Assembly: GCA_965215505.1 (NCBI GenBank)
Contig: OZ244065.1
Span: 2,368,001-2,432,000, forward strand
Source: Capsulimonadaceae bacterium
Lineage (GTDB): Bacteria > Armatimonadota > Armatimonadia > Armatimonadales > Capsulimonadaceae
DNA: 64,000 nucleotides
Direction: 5' to 3'
The position numbers were made by a program, and so were the translations under genes. The notes beneath the pieces were generated by a model, which saw only the letters and a program-made list of their open reading frames with translations, did not search any database and was not told where the DNA came from. Positions 48,106 to 58,246 of the stretch are shown here, one piece after another. The first letter of the stretch is position 1. The number at the start of each line of letters is the position of its first letter.

Positions 48106-49224
48106 ATGACCGGTCCTCTAGGAATGGGAGTCGTCGGCGCGGGCAGCATCGGCATCCGGGCCGCCTTGCAGCACCTCTGCCTGCCGGACGTGCAGGACCG
48201 CGTCACGCTAGCCGCCGTCTGTGACCCCGTGCCGGGCCGGGCTTTGGCCGCCGGTGAGAAGTTCGGGGTCAAACGGTCGTATGAAAGTTATGAGGACCTG
48301 CTGGCCGACCCGGCCGTCCACGCCGTTACCCTGGGGACGCCCATCGGGCTGCACTTTGAACAGGGCATGGCGGCGATCAAGGCCAGCAAGCACGTCCACT
48401 TCAACAAGACCATGACGACGACCGCCGACGAGGCCACGCAGCTCATTGACGCGGCGGCAGTGGCCGGTGTCAAGCTGGTCGCCTCGCCGGGCCAGATGAT
48501 CCGCCCGGCCAATCGGCGCATCCGCAGGATGATCGGCGACGGCGTTCTGGGCCAGCTCGCCTGGGCGGCGACCGGCGCGGCCTTCGGCGATTACCACGAG
48601 CAGGAGGGGGTTCGGACCGGCACGGACGTTCTGAGCAATATCAACCCGGCCTGGTACTGGCGCAAGCCCGGCGGCGGGCCGCTGTACGACATGACCGTCT
48701 ACGGCCTGCACACGCTGACGGGTATCCTCGGCCCCGCGCGGCGCGTCACGGCCATGTCGGGCGTCGGCATTCAGGAGCGCGAATTTCAGGGCCAGATGTA
48801 CCCGTCAGACGCCGACGACAACACCCTGATGGTGCTGGACTTCGGGGGCGCGACCTTCGCGTTCGTCTACGGCACGTTCGCCGGGACCCTGACCGAGTTC
48901 GGCCAGCCCTCCTTCTTCGGCACCAAAGGCAGCCTCGTCGGCCTGAAGCTCAACGGCCAGCCGATTGACTACCCGCACCGGGGCGACGAGGGCGTCAGTC
49001 CGTATGGCCCGCACATCGTCGGCCCGCACCTGGGCATGGACGAGGCGCACGTCTTCGAGGACATCATGCAGCTCGTGGACCTCGCCCGCGAGGGCATCCC
49101 GACCCCTGCGACGGCGGAACACGCCCGCCACGTCGTCGAGATCATCGAGGCGGCGTACCGGGCGGGGGAGACGGGGCAGACACAGACCTTGACGACGAGC
49201 TTTGTGCCGGTCGAGGGGGCTTGA
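48106..49224 (+). CDS. Gfo/Idh/MocA oxidoreductase
   Basis: GVVGAGSIG, HVHFNKT, GGGPLYDM.VY. Confidence 0.9.
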   Translation: MTGPLGMGVVGAGSIGIRAALQHLCLPDVQDRVTLAAVCDPVPGRALAAGEKFGVKRSYESYEDLLADPAVHAVTLGTPIGLHFEQGMAAIKASKHVHFNKTMTTTADEATQLIDAAAVAGVKLVASPGQMIRPANRRIRRMIGDGVLGQLAWAATGAAFGDYHEQEGVRTGTDVLSNINPAWYWRKPGGGPLYDMTVYGLHTLTGILGPARRVTAMSGVGIQEREFQGQMYPSDADDNTLMVLDFGGATFAFVYGTFAGTLTEFGQPSFFGTKGSLVGLKLNGQPIDYPHRGDEGVSPYGPHIVGPHLGMDEAHVFEDIMQLVDLAREGIPTPATAEHARHVVEIIEAAYRAGETGQTQTLTTSFVPVEGA

Positions 49225-49309
49225 CGCGCCCGCAGGCGAAAAACCTTCTAGGATTGCGGGGCCAAGAAAGGCTTTGCTTCGTTCGTCACTAAAACAGAAA
49301 GACTTTCCA

Positions 49310-50086
49310 GTGTCCGCCACAGTCCCGCAGCACCATAGAATCGAACATAAACAAGAGTTTGATGTTCCACCAGAAGTGGCAACGCATCTCGGCTATTATG
49401 TATATCTCTTCGTTGACCCGCGCGACAACCAGCCCTTCTATGTAGGTAAAGGACAGGGAAGACGTATGCTTGCTCACTTGGACGAAGAAGGTGAGTCGCG
49501 CAAGAATGCAAGGATCGCTGAACTAAAGGCACTTGCGCTCAAACCACAAATTGACATCCTAGCTCATGCCCTTCCCAGCGAAGAAACCGCCTTAAGAATA
49601 GAGGCAGCCGTCATTGATTTGCTTGGCTTAGGTGTATTGACAAACGCGGTTCGTGGCTGGCGAAGCGTACAACTCGGACGCAACTCACTACAGGAATTGA
49701 CAACCTATTACGCGGCCAAGCCAGTGGATGTAGTGGTTCCTGCCATCATGTTCCGTATCAATGACCTCTACCGGCACAATATGACAGAACTAGAGCTATA
49801 TGAGGCAACGCGGGGCGTATGGAAGCTCGGCGATCGTAGGAACGGAGCCAAGTTTGCATTTGCAATCTTTGAGGGTGTAGTGCGTGCAGTATACGAAATC
49901 CAAGATTGGCATCCGGCTTGCACGACTCCTTACACCTCCCGCGATGTCAAGGAAATGCCATGCAAAGGCCGAAAGGAGTTTGTGGGCAAAGAAGCAGAGT
50001 TAGCTGTACGAGAGTGTTACGTCGGCTATTCTGTCGCCAACCACTTCAAGAGAGGGTCACAAGGCCCTCAATATGTGAATTGTTGA
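49310..50086 (+). CDS. LEM-3-like GIY-YIG nuclease domain protein
   Basis: YYVYLFVDPR..PFYVGKG.G.R..AH, EAAVID, LTN.V.G; lower GC; start uncertain. Confidence 0.8.
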   Translation: MSATVPQHHRIEHKQEFDVPPEVATHLGYYVYLFVDPRDNQPFYVGKGQGRRMLAHLDEEGESRKNARIAELKALALKPQIDILAHALPSEETALRIEAAVIDLLGLGVLTNAVRGWRSVQLGRNSLQELTTYYAAKPVDVVVPAIMFRINDLYRHNMTELELYEATRGVWKLGDRRNGAKFAFAIFEGVVRAVYEIQDWHPACTTPYTSRDVKEMPCKGRKEFVGKEAELAVRECYVGYSVANHFKRGSQGPQYVNC

Positions 50087-50136
50087 CTGACCGCCAAGCG
50101 GCGTGACAACGCTTTGAAAGAAACACTCACCTCACC

Positions 50137-53040
50137 ATGAAACACCCCGCACGACTCACATCCGCAATCCTTGGAATGCTCCTTCTGGGAGCAGGCGCAC
50201 AGACCGCCCGCGCCGACGACGGCATCTTCCCGCCCGCGCCCGCCGCCGCGCCGTACATCAACTTCGACGGCAAGGGGTTCCTGCTGAACGGCAAGCGGAC
50301 CTTTATCGCCTCCGGCGGCATGGAATACAGCCGTGTCCCGCGCGCCCTGTGGCACGACCGGCTGCTGCGGCTCAAGCGGGCCGGGTTCAACACGGTCGAG
50401 ATCTACAACATGTGGAACTTCCACGAGCCGAAGAAGGGGCAGTTCGACTTCGCGGGCGACCACGATTTAGATGCCTTCCTGAAGATGGTCAAGGCGATGG
50501 ACCTGTACGCCATCGTCCGGGTCGGCCCCTACGTCTGCGCCGAGTGGGACAGCGGCGGCTACCCGGTCTGGCTGCGGTTTGAACCGGGCGTCCGCGTCCG
50601 CGAGGACAACCCGCAGTTCGAGGCCGCCGTGGACCGCTACTGGGAGAAGCTGATCCCGATCGTCGCGGCCAACCAGGTCAACCGGGGCGGGTCGGTCATC
50701 ATGGTGCAGCTAGAAAACGAGCACCCGCAGGGCTGGGGGAAGGAGATGCCCAACCCTTACTTCACGCACCTGCGCGACAAGGCCCTCTCGCTGGGCCTGC
50801 AAGTGCCCTACTTCTTCAGCGGCCTGCACCACGGCTCCGACCCCGCCGGGAACAACCCGTGGAGCAGCGCGGGGCGGACGAACCCCTGGTTCACGACGGA
50901 ATTCTGGACGGTCTGGTACGACAAGTACAACCAGACTCTGGCCGACGCCGACACCTACGACCGGCGCATGTGGAAGGTGATCGCCTATGGCGGCAACGGC
51001 CTGAACTTCTACATGCTGCACGGCGGGACCAACTTCGCTTCGTGGAACGACGATGAGGACGCTTCAAGCTACGACTACGGCACGGCCATCGGCCAGGCAG
51101 GTGACCTGCGGCCCACCTTCTACCGCTTCAAGCGGGCGGCCCTGTTCGCCCGCAGCTTCGCGAGCGTGCTAGAAGACAGCGACAACGCCTCGGACGCCTA
51201 CTCGGGCGCGTCCACGGATGCAGGCGTTCGTGTGGTCGCACGGCAGAGTCCGGCGGGGACGATCCTGTTCCTGGACAACGGCAGCCGAGAGGCGGTCCGA
51301 ACGCAGGTGAAGGAGGCCGACGGCACGCTGTTCCCCACCTCGGGGCCGCTGACCGTCGCGCCGGGCCAGATACTGCCGGTCGTCAAAGATTACGCCTTGA
51401 TGCCGGGTGTGACGCTGGAACGCTCCACGCCTCTGATGGGCATCTTCCCGCAGGGCGGCACGACCACCCTGGTCGCCTACGGCCCGCCCGGCGAGCCTTT
51501 TGATGTCCGTTTCCGGGTGAACACGCCGGGCGGGCCTCCCGCGCCAGCGTTCAAGGGGACGTTCCAGGCCGGTGCCCCCCAGCCCTTCTCATTCCAGGTC
51601 GGGGCGACGACGGTGCGCGTCCTCGCCGTCAGCACCGACACGGCCGACCGCACCTGGTTCGTGGACGACAAGATCGTCGTCGGGCCGACGTTCGTCGGCG
51701 ACACGGCGACGCACGGCGGACACCTGAGCCTGATGACCGAGCGCGTCACAGGCGCGGCCACGGACGGCCTGGTCTATGGGCCGGGGCCGACCCCGACTCC
51801 ACTGCGGGGGGACGGCTCCGTCGCTCCGCTGACTGCCGCCCCCACCCTGAGCGCCTGGCGGATGCGGCGCGGGGACGCGGAAGCCAAACCGGGCTACCAG
51901 GATACCGCTTGGAAGACCAGCCCTGACCCGCTGCCGATGGGCGCGGACGGCGACTACGGCGCGTATGCCTGGTATCGCACGACGGTCAACGCGCCCAAGG
52001 CGGGGGCCTACTCGCTCCAAGTCGCGAACGCAGGCGACTGGTCCTCCGTCTTCGTCAACGGGCAGCACGCCGTGAGCAGCGCGGCCAAGCGGCCCGTCAC
52101 TCTCACCCTCCCGACGGGTCCGAGTCAGGTCGCGGTGCTGACCGCGCACTACGGGCGGCCCAAATTGTTCAACTACCTCGGCCCGATTGACAACCAGGGC
52201 ATCAAGGGCCTCGCCGGGCCGGTCACATTGGCCGTCGGCGGCAGCAACGGCCTCGCGCTGACGACCTGGCGCGTCAAGAACGACAACGCGCCCGACAAGG
52301 CTGCCCCACCCGCCGACACGACCGGCGCGGACTGGCGGGACGCCACGATCGGCCCGGACGTCTTCAACCGTCGGCGCGGGTTCGCCTGGTATCGGACGAC
52401 GCTGCCCGCCTTCCCCGGCGCGCACCGCCGCCTGCACTTCGAGGCCGTGGACGACAACGCGACCGTTTACCTCAACGGCAAGCAGGTCGCGACGCACGCG
52501 GGGTACAACGTGCCATTCGACGTGCCGCTGGACGCGGCCTGGAACGACGCCGGCCCGAACGAGCTGGCCGTGCTGGTCGAGAACACGGCCGGGACGGGCG
52601 GGATCAGCGGCGCGGCCTCGCTGGAGACGGCGGCGGCGGGCGACGAAACGCCGGTCCAGGGCTGGAAGATGCGCGGCGGCATTGACTACCCCGCCTCCGG
52701 TGTACGCTGGGCTGCCTCGACCGGCGACCAGCCCGACGGCGCACCGGCCTTCTACCGGGCGACTTTCGACACGAACCCGCCCGGCGCGACCGGCCCGCAC
52801 CCGATCCTGCGGGTGACGACGACCGGCCTGTCGCGCGGGTTTGTCTGGCTCAACGGCCACAACCTGGGCCGCTATCCGGAGAAGATCGCCGTGGACGGCC
52901 TGTACCTGCCCGAGTGCTGGCAGAAGGCGGGTCGCAACGAGGTGGTGATCTTCGACGAGGAGGGCCATGGACCCGCCCAGGTGCGGCTGACGGTGGAGCA
53001 GGCGGCCAGCCGCGTCGTCGTGCCGATGACGGAGAAATGA
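50137..53040 (+). CDS. Secreted GH35 beta-galactosidase with C-terminal jelly-roll domains
   Basis: GPYVCAEW, VQLENE, TEFW, NFYMLHGGTNF, SYDY, GHNLGRY. Confidence 0.92.
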   Translation: MKHPARLTSAILGMLLLGAGAQTARADDGIFPPAPAAAPYINFDGKGFLLNGKRTFIASGGMEYSRVPRALWHDRLLRLKRAGFNTVEIYNMWNFHEPKKGQFDFAGDHDLDAFLKMVKAMDLYAIVRVGPYVCAEWDSGGYPVWLRFEPGVRVREDNPQFEAAVDRYWEKLIPIVAANQVNRGGSVIMVQLENEHPQGWGKEMPNPYFTHLRDKALSLGLQVPYFFSGLHHGSDPAGNNPWSSAGRTNPWFTTEFWTVWYDKYNQTLADADTYDRRMWKVIAYGGNGLNFYMLHGGTNFASWNDDEDASSYDYGTAIGQAGDLRPTFYRFKRAALFARSFASVLEDSDNASDAYSGASTDAGVRVVARQSPAGTILFLDNGSREAVRTQVKEADGTLFPTSGPLTVAPGQILPVVKDYALMPGVTLERSTPLMGIFPQGGTTTLVAYGPPGEPFDVRFRVNTPGGPPAPAFKGTFQAGAPQPFSFQVGATTVRVLAVSTDTADRTWFVDDKIVVGPTFVGDTATHGGHLSLMTERVTGAATDGLVYGPGPTPTPLRGDGSVAPLTAAPTLSAWRMRRGDAEAKPGYQDTAWKTSPDPLPMGADGDYGAYAWYRTTVNAPKAGAYSLQVANAGDWSSVFVNGQHAVSSAAKRPVTLTLPTGPSQVAVLTAHYGRPKLFNYLGPIDNQGIKGLAGPVTLAVGGSNGLALTTWRVKNDNAPDKAAPPADTTGADWRDATIGPDVFNRRRGFAWYRTTLPAFPGAHRRLHFEAVDDNATVYLNGKQVATHAGYNVPFDVPLDAAWNDAGPNELAVLVENTAGTGGISGAASLETAAAGDETPVQGWKMRGGIDYPASGVRWAASTGDQPDGAPAFYRATFDTNPPGATGPHPILRVTTTGLSRGFVWLNGHNLGRYPEKIAVDGLYLPECWQKAGRNEVVIFDEEGHGPAQVRLTVEQAASRVVVPMTEK

Positions 53041-53055
53041 CGAAGGAGAAGTATG

Positions 53056-53086
53056 GCCGCCCGCGCCTTAAACGCGGGCGGCTTTT
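53056..53086 (+). terminator. Intrinsic terminator after the GH35 gene
   Basis: gccgcccgcg-loop-cgcgggcggc-tttt. Confidence 0.65.
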
Positions 53087-53185
53087 CCCTTAAGAAATCC
53101 CCACAGACTGCCAATAATACCGGAAGAAAGATTTTGGCGGTTTTGCGAGCGCGTGTCACGCCCGCAGAGAGGACACGGAAGGGAT

Positions 53186-54955
53186 ATGAAATGGTTTCCC
53201 CGCGTCGGCGGTGGTCTGCGGAAGTTGAAGACGCTGGAGGTCCGGTTCGCCCTCGTTAACCAGGCCTCTAACGAAGGCTTGTGGGACATGTCGGTGATCG
53301 CGGGCGACCCGATCAACCCCAGCAACGAGTTCTGGTGGTCCGACCAGTTCCGCAAGATGCTCGGCTACGAGGGCGAGCGCGACTTCCCCAACGTCCTCGA
53401 CTCCTGGGCCTCCAGGCTCCACCCCGACGACAAGGACACCGTCCTCCAGGCCTTCGGTGCCCACCTCACCGACTACTCCGCCCGCACCCCCTACGACATC
53501 GAGTACCGCCTGCTCACCAAGGCCCAGGGCTACCGCTGGTTCCGCGCGCGCGGAACCACCCTCCGCGACGCCCAGGGCGTGCCCCTGCGCGTCGCCGGGT
53601 CGCTCGCCGACACCACGGAGCAGAAGCGGCAGGCATTAGAGACGCAGACGCTGCAAACCCGGTTCGAGCTGGTCAACCAGGCCTCCAGCGACGGCCTGTG
53701 GGACATGTCGGTGATCGCGGGCGACCCGATCAACCCCAGCAACGAGTTCTGGTGGTCCGACCAGTTCCGCAAGATGCTCGGCTACGAGGGCGAGCGCGAC
53801 TTCCCCAACGTCCTCGACTCCTGGGCCTCCAAGCTCCACCCCGACGACAAGGACACCGTCCTCCAGGCCTTCGGTGCCCACCTCACCGACTACTCCGCCC
53901 GCACCCCCTACGACATCGAGTACCGCCTGCTCACCAAGGCCCAGGGCTACCGCTGGTTCCGCGCGCGCGGAACCACCCTCCGCGACGCCCAGGGCGTGCC
54001 CCTGCGCGTCGCCGGGTCGCTCGCCGACATCACCATCGAGAAGCAGCGCATCCTCCAGGCGCAGTCCATCGCCGAAACCGCCTCGCGGGCCAGCGGCGAG
54101 GTCGCGGTCACGGCCGAGAGCCTAGCGGCGGGGGCGCGCAGCCAGACGCAGCAGACGCAGCAGAACGCGGCGGCATTGGAGGAGATGCTCCGCTCGCTGA
54201 CCGCCACCAACCGGAACGCGCTCCAGGCGACCCAGACCGCCAACGAGGCGGGCGCGACGGCGGAGGAAGGCGGCCTGGTCGTGGGCAAAACCATCCACGG
54301 CATGAACGCCATCGCGGGCGTCGTCAGCGAGGCGGCGGCCAAGGTGATGGAACTGGGCCAGAGCAGCCAGCGCGTAGGCGAGATCGTGGGCGTGATCAGT
54401 TCCATCGCCGAGCAGACCAACCTCCTGGCTTTGAACGCCGCCATCGAGGCGGCGCGGGCCGGCTCCGAGGGGCGCGGGTTCGCCGTCGTCGCCGACGAGG
54501 TCCGCAAGCTGGCCGAACACACCGCCGTCTCCACCCGCGAGATCGCAAGCGTCATCTCCCAGATCCAGAAGGACACGGCGGAGGCCCTGCGCTCCATCCA
54601 GCAGGGCAAGCAGGAAGTGGACCGGGGCAAGGAACTCGCCGCCCAGGCCGAGGAGTCCCTCTCCAAGATCATCCAGGCCGCCCGCCAGGTGGACCTCATC
54701 ATCGCCCAGGTCGCGACCGCCAGCCAGCAGCAGCTCGCCACCAGCGAGCAGCTCGCGCAGAGTACCGAACTCATCAGCGAGATCACCAAAGCCAATGAAA
54801 TCGGCCTGAGCGGGATGGTCACGGGTTCCGCCGAGATCGACGGCATCATCAAGGACCTTCTCCACTCGCTCACGACCGAGGGCGAGCAGGCAGCCGCCCC
54901 GAGCGCCGCCCCGGCCAAGCCGAAGGCGCGCGGGTTCCTGACGATGGTCGCGTGA
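53186..54955 (+). CDS. Cytoplasmic PAS-PAS methyl-accepting chemotaxis protein
   Basis: Two PAS_3/PAC units, no [38 protein letters not shown]. Confidence 0.93.
   Translation: MKWFPRVGGGLRKLKTLEVRFALVNQASNEGLWDMSVIAGDPINPSNEFWWSDQFRKMLGYEGERDFPNVLDSWASRLHPDDKDTVLQAFGAHLTDYSARTPYDIEYRLLTKAQGYRWFRARGTTLRDAQGVPLRVAGSLADTTEQKRQALETQTLQTRFELVNQASSDGLWDMSVIAGDPINPSNEFWWSDQFRKMLGYEGERDFPNVLDSWASKLHPDDKDTVLQAFGAHLTDYSARTPYDIEYRLLTKAQGYRWFRARGTTLRDAQGVPLRVAGSLADITIEKQRILQAQSIAETASRASGEVAVTAESLAAGARSQTQQTQQNAAALEEMLRSLTATNRNALQATQTANEAGATAEEGGLVVGKTIHGMNAIAGVVSEAAAKVMELGQSSQRVGEIVGVISSIAEQTNLLALNAAIEAARAGSEGRGFAVVADEVRKLAEHTAVSTREIASVISQIQKDTAEALRSIQQGKQEVDRGKELAAQAEESLSKIIQAARQVDLIIAQVATASQQQLATSEQLAQSTELISEITKANEIGLSGMVTGSAEIDGIIKDLLHSLTTEGEQAAAPSAAPAKPKARGFLTMVA
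53280..54029 (+). repeat. Near-identical intragenic repeat (333 bp, period 417 bp)
   Basis: 53280-53612 versus 53697-54029; I see one mismatch (AGG/AAG, R/K). Confidence 0.9.
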
Positions 54956-54968
54956 ACACCCTTTTGCA

Positions 54969-55003
54969 GGCCGCCGCCCGATGGGCGGCGGCTTTTCCTT
55001 TTT
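54969..55003 (+). terminator. Intrinsic terminator after the MCP gene
   Basis: gccgccgccc-gat-gggcggcggc-ttttccttttt. Confidence 0.8.
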
Positions 55004-55029
55004 CGCCGGGGCGTGTCCCGTGCCTGTGC

Positions 55030-55059
55030 TTGACAACCCTCCCGCCTTTGGGCTAAAGT
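55030..55059 (+). promoter_or_regulatory. Promoter for a probably leaderless aminotransferase mRNA
   Basis: TTGACA 55030-55035, 18 bp, TAAAGT 55054-55059; ATG 6 nt later; no SD. Confidence 0.65.
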
Positions 55060-55065
55060 AGCCCT

Positions 55066-56358
55066 ATGGAACCTACATCCACCAAAGACCTGACGCCGCA
55101 GCAAGTCGAAGCGACCACGCAGGACGTCATCGAGAAGTACCAGAAGTTCGTCAACCCGACGCAGGTCGCCCTGCTCAAAGTCGGCGGGTTCGACCACATC
55201 GAACACCGCGCCGACGGGGTGACGCTGACCGACCTGGAAGGCAACACCTATATAGACTGCCTCGGCGGCTACGGCATCTTCTCGCTCGGGCACCGGCACC
55301 CCAAAGTGGTGGAGGCCGTCAAGCGGCAGCTCGACCTCATCCCGCTCGGCTCCAAGACCTTCCTGAACAAGCCGCTGGCCGACCTGTCGGCGAAGCTGGC
55401 TGAGGTTTCGCCGGGCCGCCTGCAATACTCTTTCATCAGCAATTCGGGGGCCGAAGCCGCCGAGGCCGCCCTGAAGATCGCCCGCATGGCCTCGGGCAAG
55501 ACCGACTTCATCTCGACTGAGGGTGCCTACCACGGCAAGACGATGGGCGCACTGGCCGTGACCGGCCGGGCGGTCTACCGCAAGCCGTTCGAGCCGATGC
55601 TGCCCGGCGGCTGCTTCGTCCCCTTCAACGACGCCGACGCCATCGAGGCGGCCATCACGGACAAGACAGCCGCCGTCATCCTGGAACCCGTGCAGGGCGA
55701 GGGCGGCATCCAGGTCCCCTCCCCCGACTACTTCCCGCGCGTCCGCGAGATCTGCGACAAGCGCGGCGTCCTGCTGATCGCCGACGAGGTGCAGACAGGC
55801 TTAGGCCGGACCGGCAAGATGTTCGCCGTGAACCACTGGGACGTCGCCCCCGACATCATGACCCTGGCGAAAGCCCTGGGCGGCGGCGTCATGCCCATCG
55901 GCGCGACGCTGGCGACGCCGGAGATCTGGAACAAGGTCTTCCACGAGAACCCCTTCATCCACACCACGACCTTCGGCGGCGGCGAGATGGCCTGCGCCGC
56001 AGCATTGGCGGCTCTGGAAGTGACGGTCGAAGAGGGCCTGCCCGCCAAAGCCGCCGAGAACGGCGCGTACTTCCTGCACGGCCTCAAGAGGATTCAGCAG
56101 GAGTACCCAAACGTGCTGAAAGAAGCGCGCGGCCTGGGCCTGATGCTGGGCGTCGAGTTCACCGACAGCGACATCGGCAAGCTGGTCATCGGCACGATGG
56201 TCCACCGGGGCGTCATCGCCGCCTACACGCTCAACAACGCCAAGGTCATCCGCTTCGAGCCGCCGCTTATCATCACCCGCCCCCAGATAGACCAGGTGCT
56301 TGGCGTGTTCGCGGCGGGCGTCCAGGACGCGATTGACCTGCTGGGGGACTTGATCTAG
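55066..56358 (+). CDS. Class-III PLP aminotransferase (putrescine/ornithine aminotransferase-like)
   Basis: DCLGGYG, NSGAEA, EPVQGEGG, ADEVQTGLGRTG, LAKALGGG, HTTTFGG. Confidence 0.9.
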   Translation: MEPTSTKDLTPQQVEATTQDVIEKYQKFVNPTQVALLKVGGFDHIEHRADGVTLTDLEGNTYIDCLGGYGIFSLGHRHPKVVEAVKRQLDLIPLGSKTFLNKPLADLSAKLAEVSPGRLQYSFISNSGAEAAEAALKIARMASGKTDFISTEGAYHGKTMGALAVTGRAVYRKPFEPMLPGGCFVPFNDADAIEAAITDKTAAVILEPVQGEGGIQVPSPDYFPRVREICDKRGVLLIADEVQTGLGRTGKMFAVNHWDVAPDIMTLAKALGGGVMPIGATLATPEIWNKVFHENPFIHTTTFGGGEMACAAALAALEVTVEEGLPAKAAENGAYFLHGLKRIQQEYPNVLKEARGLGLMLGVEFTDSDIGKLVIGTMVHRGVIAAYTLNNAKVIRFEPPLIITRPQIDQVLGVFAAGVQDAIDLLGDLI

Positions 56359-56361
56359 CGA

Positions 56362-56889
56362 ATGGAGAGCAAGATGGACCCACAACTTGACGGGCTGACC
56401 AAGCTTTACAACAGGCATTATCTGCAAACGCTGGGCGAGGCTCTATGCAAACAGGCACAAACCGACAGCAACCTTCTCGGTTTCATCTATGCTGATGTTG
56501 ACGGGATGAACCATGTCTGTGACATACTCGGCTTACCGGCGGGCGACCGGCTCCTTGTGAAGTTCGCCCAGATTATCCGGGCGTACCTCAACGATGGCGC
56601 TGTGGCTGGCCGCACTGGGGGTGACGAGTTCTTGATAATCGCGCCGGTGAAAAGCGTTGAAGAACTGGCGGCACTCGCGGAGGCCATTCGCGAGGAGGCA
56701 AAAACCGTGGTCGTCATGGGTGGTTGTAATGATGAGGCCCCGTTTGACCCGGTGACGCTAACGCTGGGCCTGTCTTGTTACCGTCGGCATGGCGACGACC
56801 TCAAATCCTTGTGGATAGCCGCCGAGGAAGCAATGAGATGGGGCAAAAATTTGGGTAAAGATCGTGTCTGTTGGCCAAATCTTATCTAA
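56362..56889 (+). CDS. Stand-alone GGDEF domain protein with atypical substrate-binding helix
   Basis: DGLTKLYNR, RTGGDEF; DVDGMNHVCDILGL in place of DxDxFKxxNDxxGH. Confidence 0.8.
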   Translation: MESKMDPQLDGLTKLYNRHYLQTLGEALCKQAQTDSNLLGFIYADVDGMNHVCDILGLPAGDRLLVKFAQIIRAYLNDGAVAGRTGGDEFLIIAPVKSVEELAALAEAIREEAKTVVVMGGCNDEAPFDPVTLTLGLSCYRRHGDDLKSLWIAAEEAMRWGKNLGKDRVCWPNLI

Positions 56890-56942
56890 CACAGATTGTG
56901 AGCACCATTGGCAGTGATACCAGACAGTATGGGAGGAACACC

Positions 56943-57296
56943 ATGAACACCCGCCGCTTCACCGTTCTCGTCCTGACCGCCGCCTTCTGCGGCCTTTCCA
57001 TCCCTTCACACGCGCAGACGCCCGCGTCCAACCCGGCCGGCAGCTACCAGCCCCTCTCCCCCACCGCCGCCAAGATCACCCTGCCCAACGGCAGGACGGT
57101 TCGCGGCAATGTCATCGGGCAGATGGTGACCAGGAACGGCACCGTCTATGTCGTGGAAACGCGCCGGGGTCAAACGATCGTTGATGAGGCGGCGCTCCTC
57201 GGAATTCCTTCGATCCCGGTCGTCTGTCCTGACCGCCACCCCGAGCCGCTGCCGGACAGCAATGTTTCGCTGCCGAATGTTCACCTCTTCCACTGA
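56943..57296 (+). CDS. Small secreted hypothetical protein
   Basis: RBS GGAGG; signal peptide ..SHA-Q. Confidence 0.7.
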   Translation: MNTRRFTVLVLTAAFCGLSIPSHAQTPASNPAGSYQPLSPTAAKITLPNGRTVRGNVIGQMVTRNGTVYVVETRRGQTIVDEAALLGIPSIPVVCPDRHPEPLPDSNVSLPNVHLFH

Positions 57297-57313
57297 GGGA
57301 CTGGGGGGACGTC

Positions 57314-58246
57314 ATGGACCGAGACGCCTTCCTGAAGCGGCGCAGCGCCGCGAGAGGCTTCACGCTCCCCGAGTTGCTGGGCGTGATGGCGCTTCTGGCC
57401 GTCCTCGCCGCCATCCTTTTTCCCATGTTCCAGGGAATGCACCCCCTCCCAAACGGCGCAGTCAGGGACGGCTCTGGCAAGCCCCTCCCAGGCGCGGTTC
57501 TGTGCTTCCGCGACCCGTCGGGGCGCGTCGCCGCCACTGTGACCGCCGACGATTACGGGAGTTTCCGGCAGAAGGGACTGGACGGCCTCAGCCATGACCC
57601 TGTGGATGGCTTCGGGCTGAGCTATGCCACGCGCCGCACCGGTGCGGGCACCCTCTACGTCTTCACGCCGCTCGGCACACACATCGCCACGTTCCGCGAC
57701 GAGGCAGGACAGCCCATTCCCGGTCTGGCCCTCACCTACGGTCCGGACCGGCAGACATGGCGGCATGGCTACCGGGAGCCGTTCCAGTCCGTCACTGGCG
57801 AGAGCGGAGTCGTTCGGATCGAGCAGGCACCGGCGGGCGCGCGTTTCGAGTTCCAGAGCCGCGACCCGAGGCGCATCGTCGAGCGGTTCCAAGCGACCGT
57901 TGACGGGAACACGGTCCGCTACGCCGTCACCGTCACCACGCCGGGCACGATCACCGGCTGCCTGCGGGATGAGGACGGCAACCCCTTACCGGGCTACAAG
58001 GCGTTCGCGACGGTCAGCCCGGACCTGGACCACTTCGACCGCTGGTATGCTGACTCCCTCGTGACCGGTGCGAACGGCCGGTTCCGTATCACGAATCTGA
58101 GGCCGCGCGTCTACTACGTCAGCGTGGCCCCGGCGCGCGGCTACCATGCCGCCGCCCCCGCTAAGCGCGTCAGCCTCGGCCCCGGCCAGACATCGGAGGT
58201 CGCCCTGCGGGCAGACACCATGGATCAAACACCCGATGACCACTGA
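57314..58246 (+). CDS. Prepilin-type N-terminus + carboxypeptidase-regulatory-like beta-sandwich repeats
   Basis: GFTLPELL..AAILFP; repeated RD..G.PLPG / T...G.F motifs. Confidence 0.7.
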   Translation: MDRDAFLKRRSAARGFTLPELLGVMALLAVLAAILFPMFQGMHPLPNGAVRDGSGKPLPGAVLCFRDPSGRVAATVTADDYGSFRQKGLDGLSHDPVDGFGLSYATRRTGAGTLYVFTPLGTHIATFRDEAGQPIPGLALTYGPDRQTWRHGYREPFQSVTGESGVVRIEQAPAGARFEFQSRDPRRIVERFQATVDGNTVRYAVTVTTPGTITGCLRDEDGNPLPGYKAFATVSPDLDHFDRWYADSLVTGANGRFRITNLRPRVYYVSVAPARGYHAAAPAKRVSLGPGQTSEVALRADTMDQTPDDH

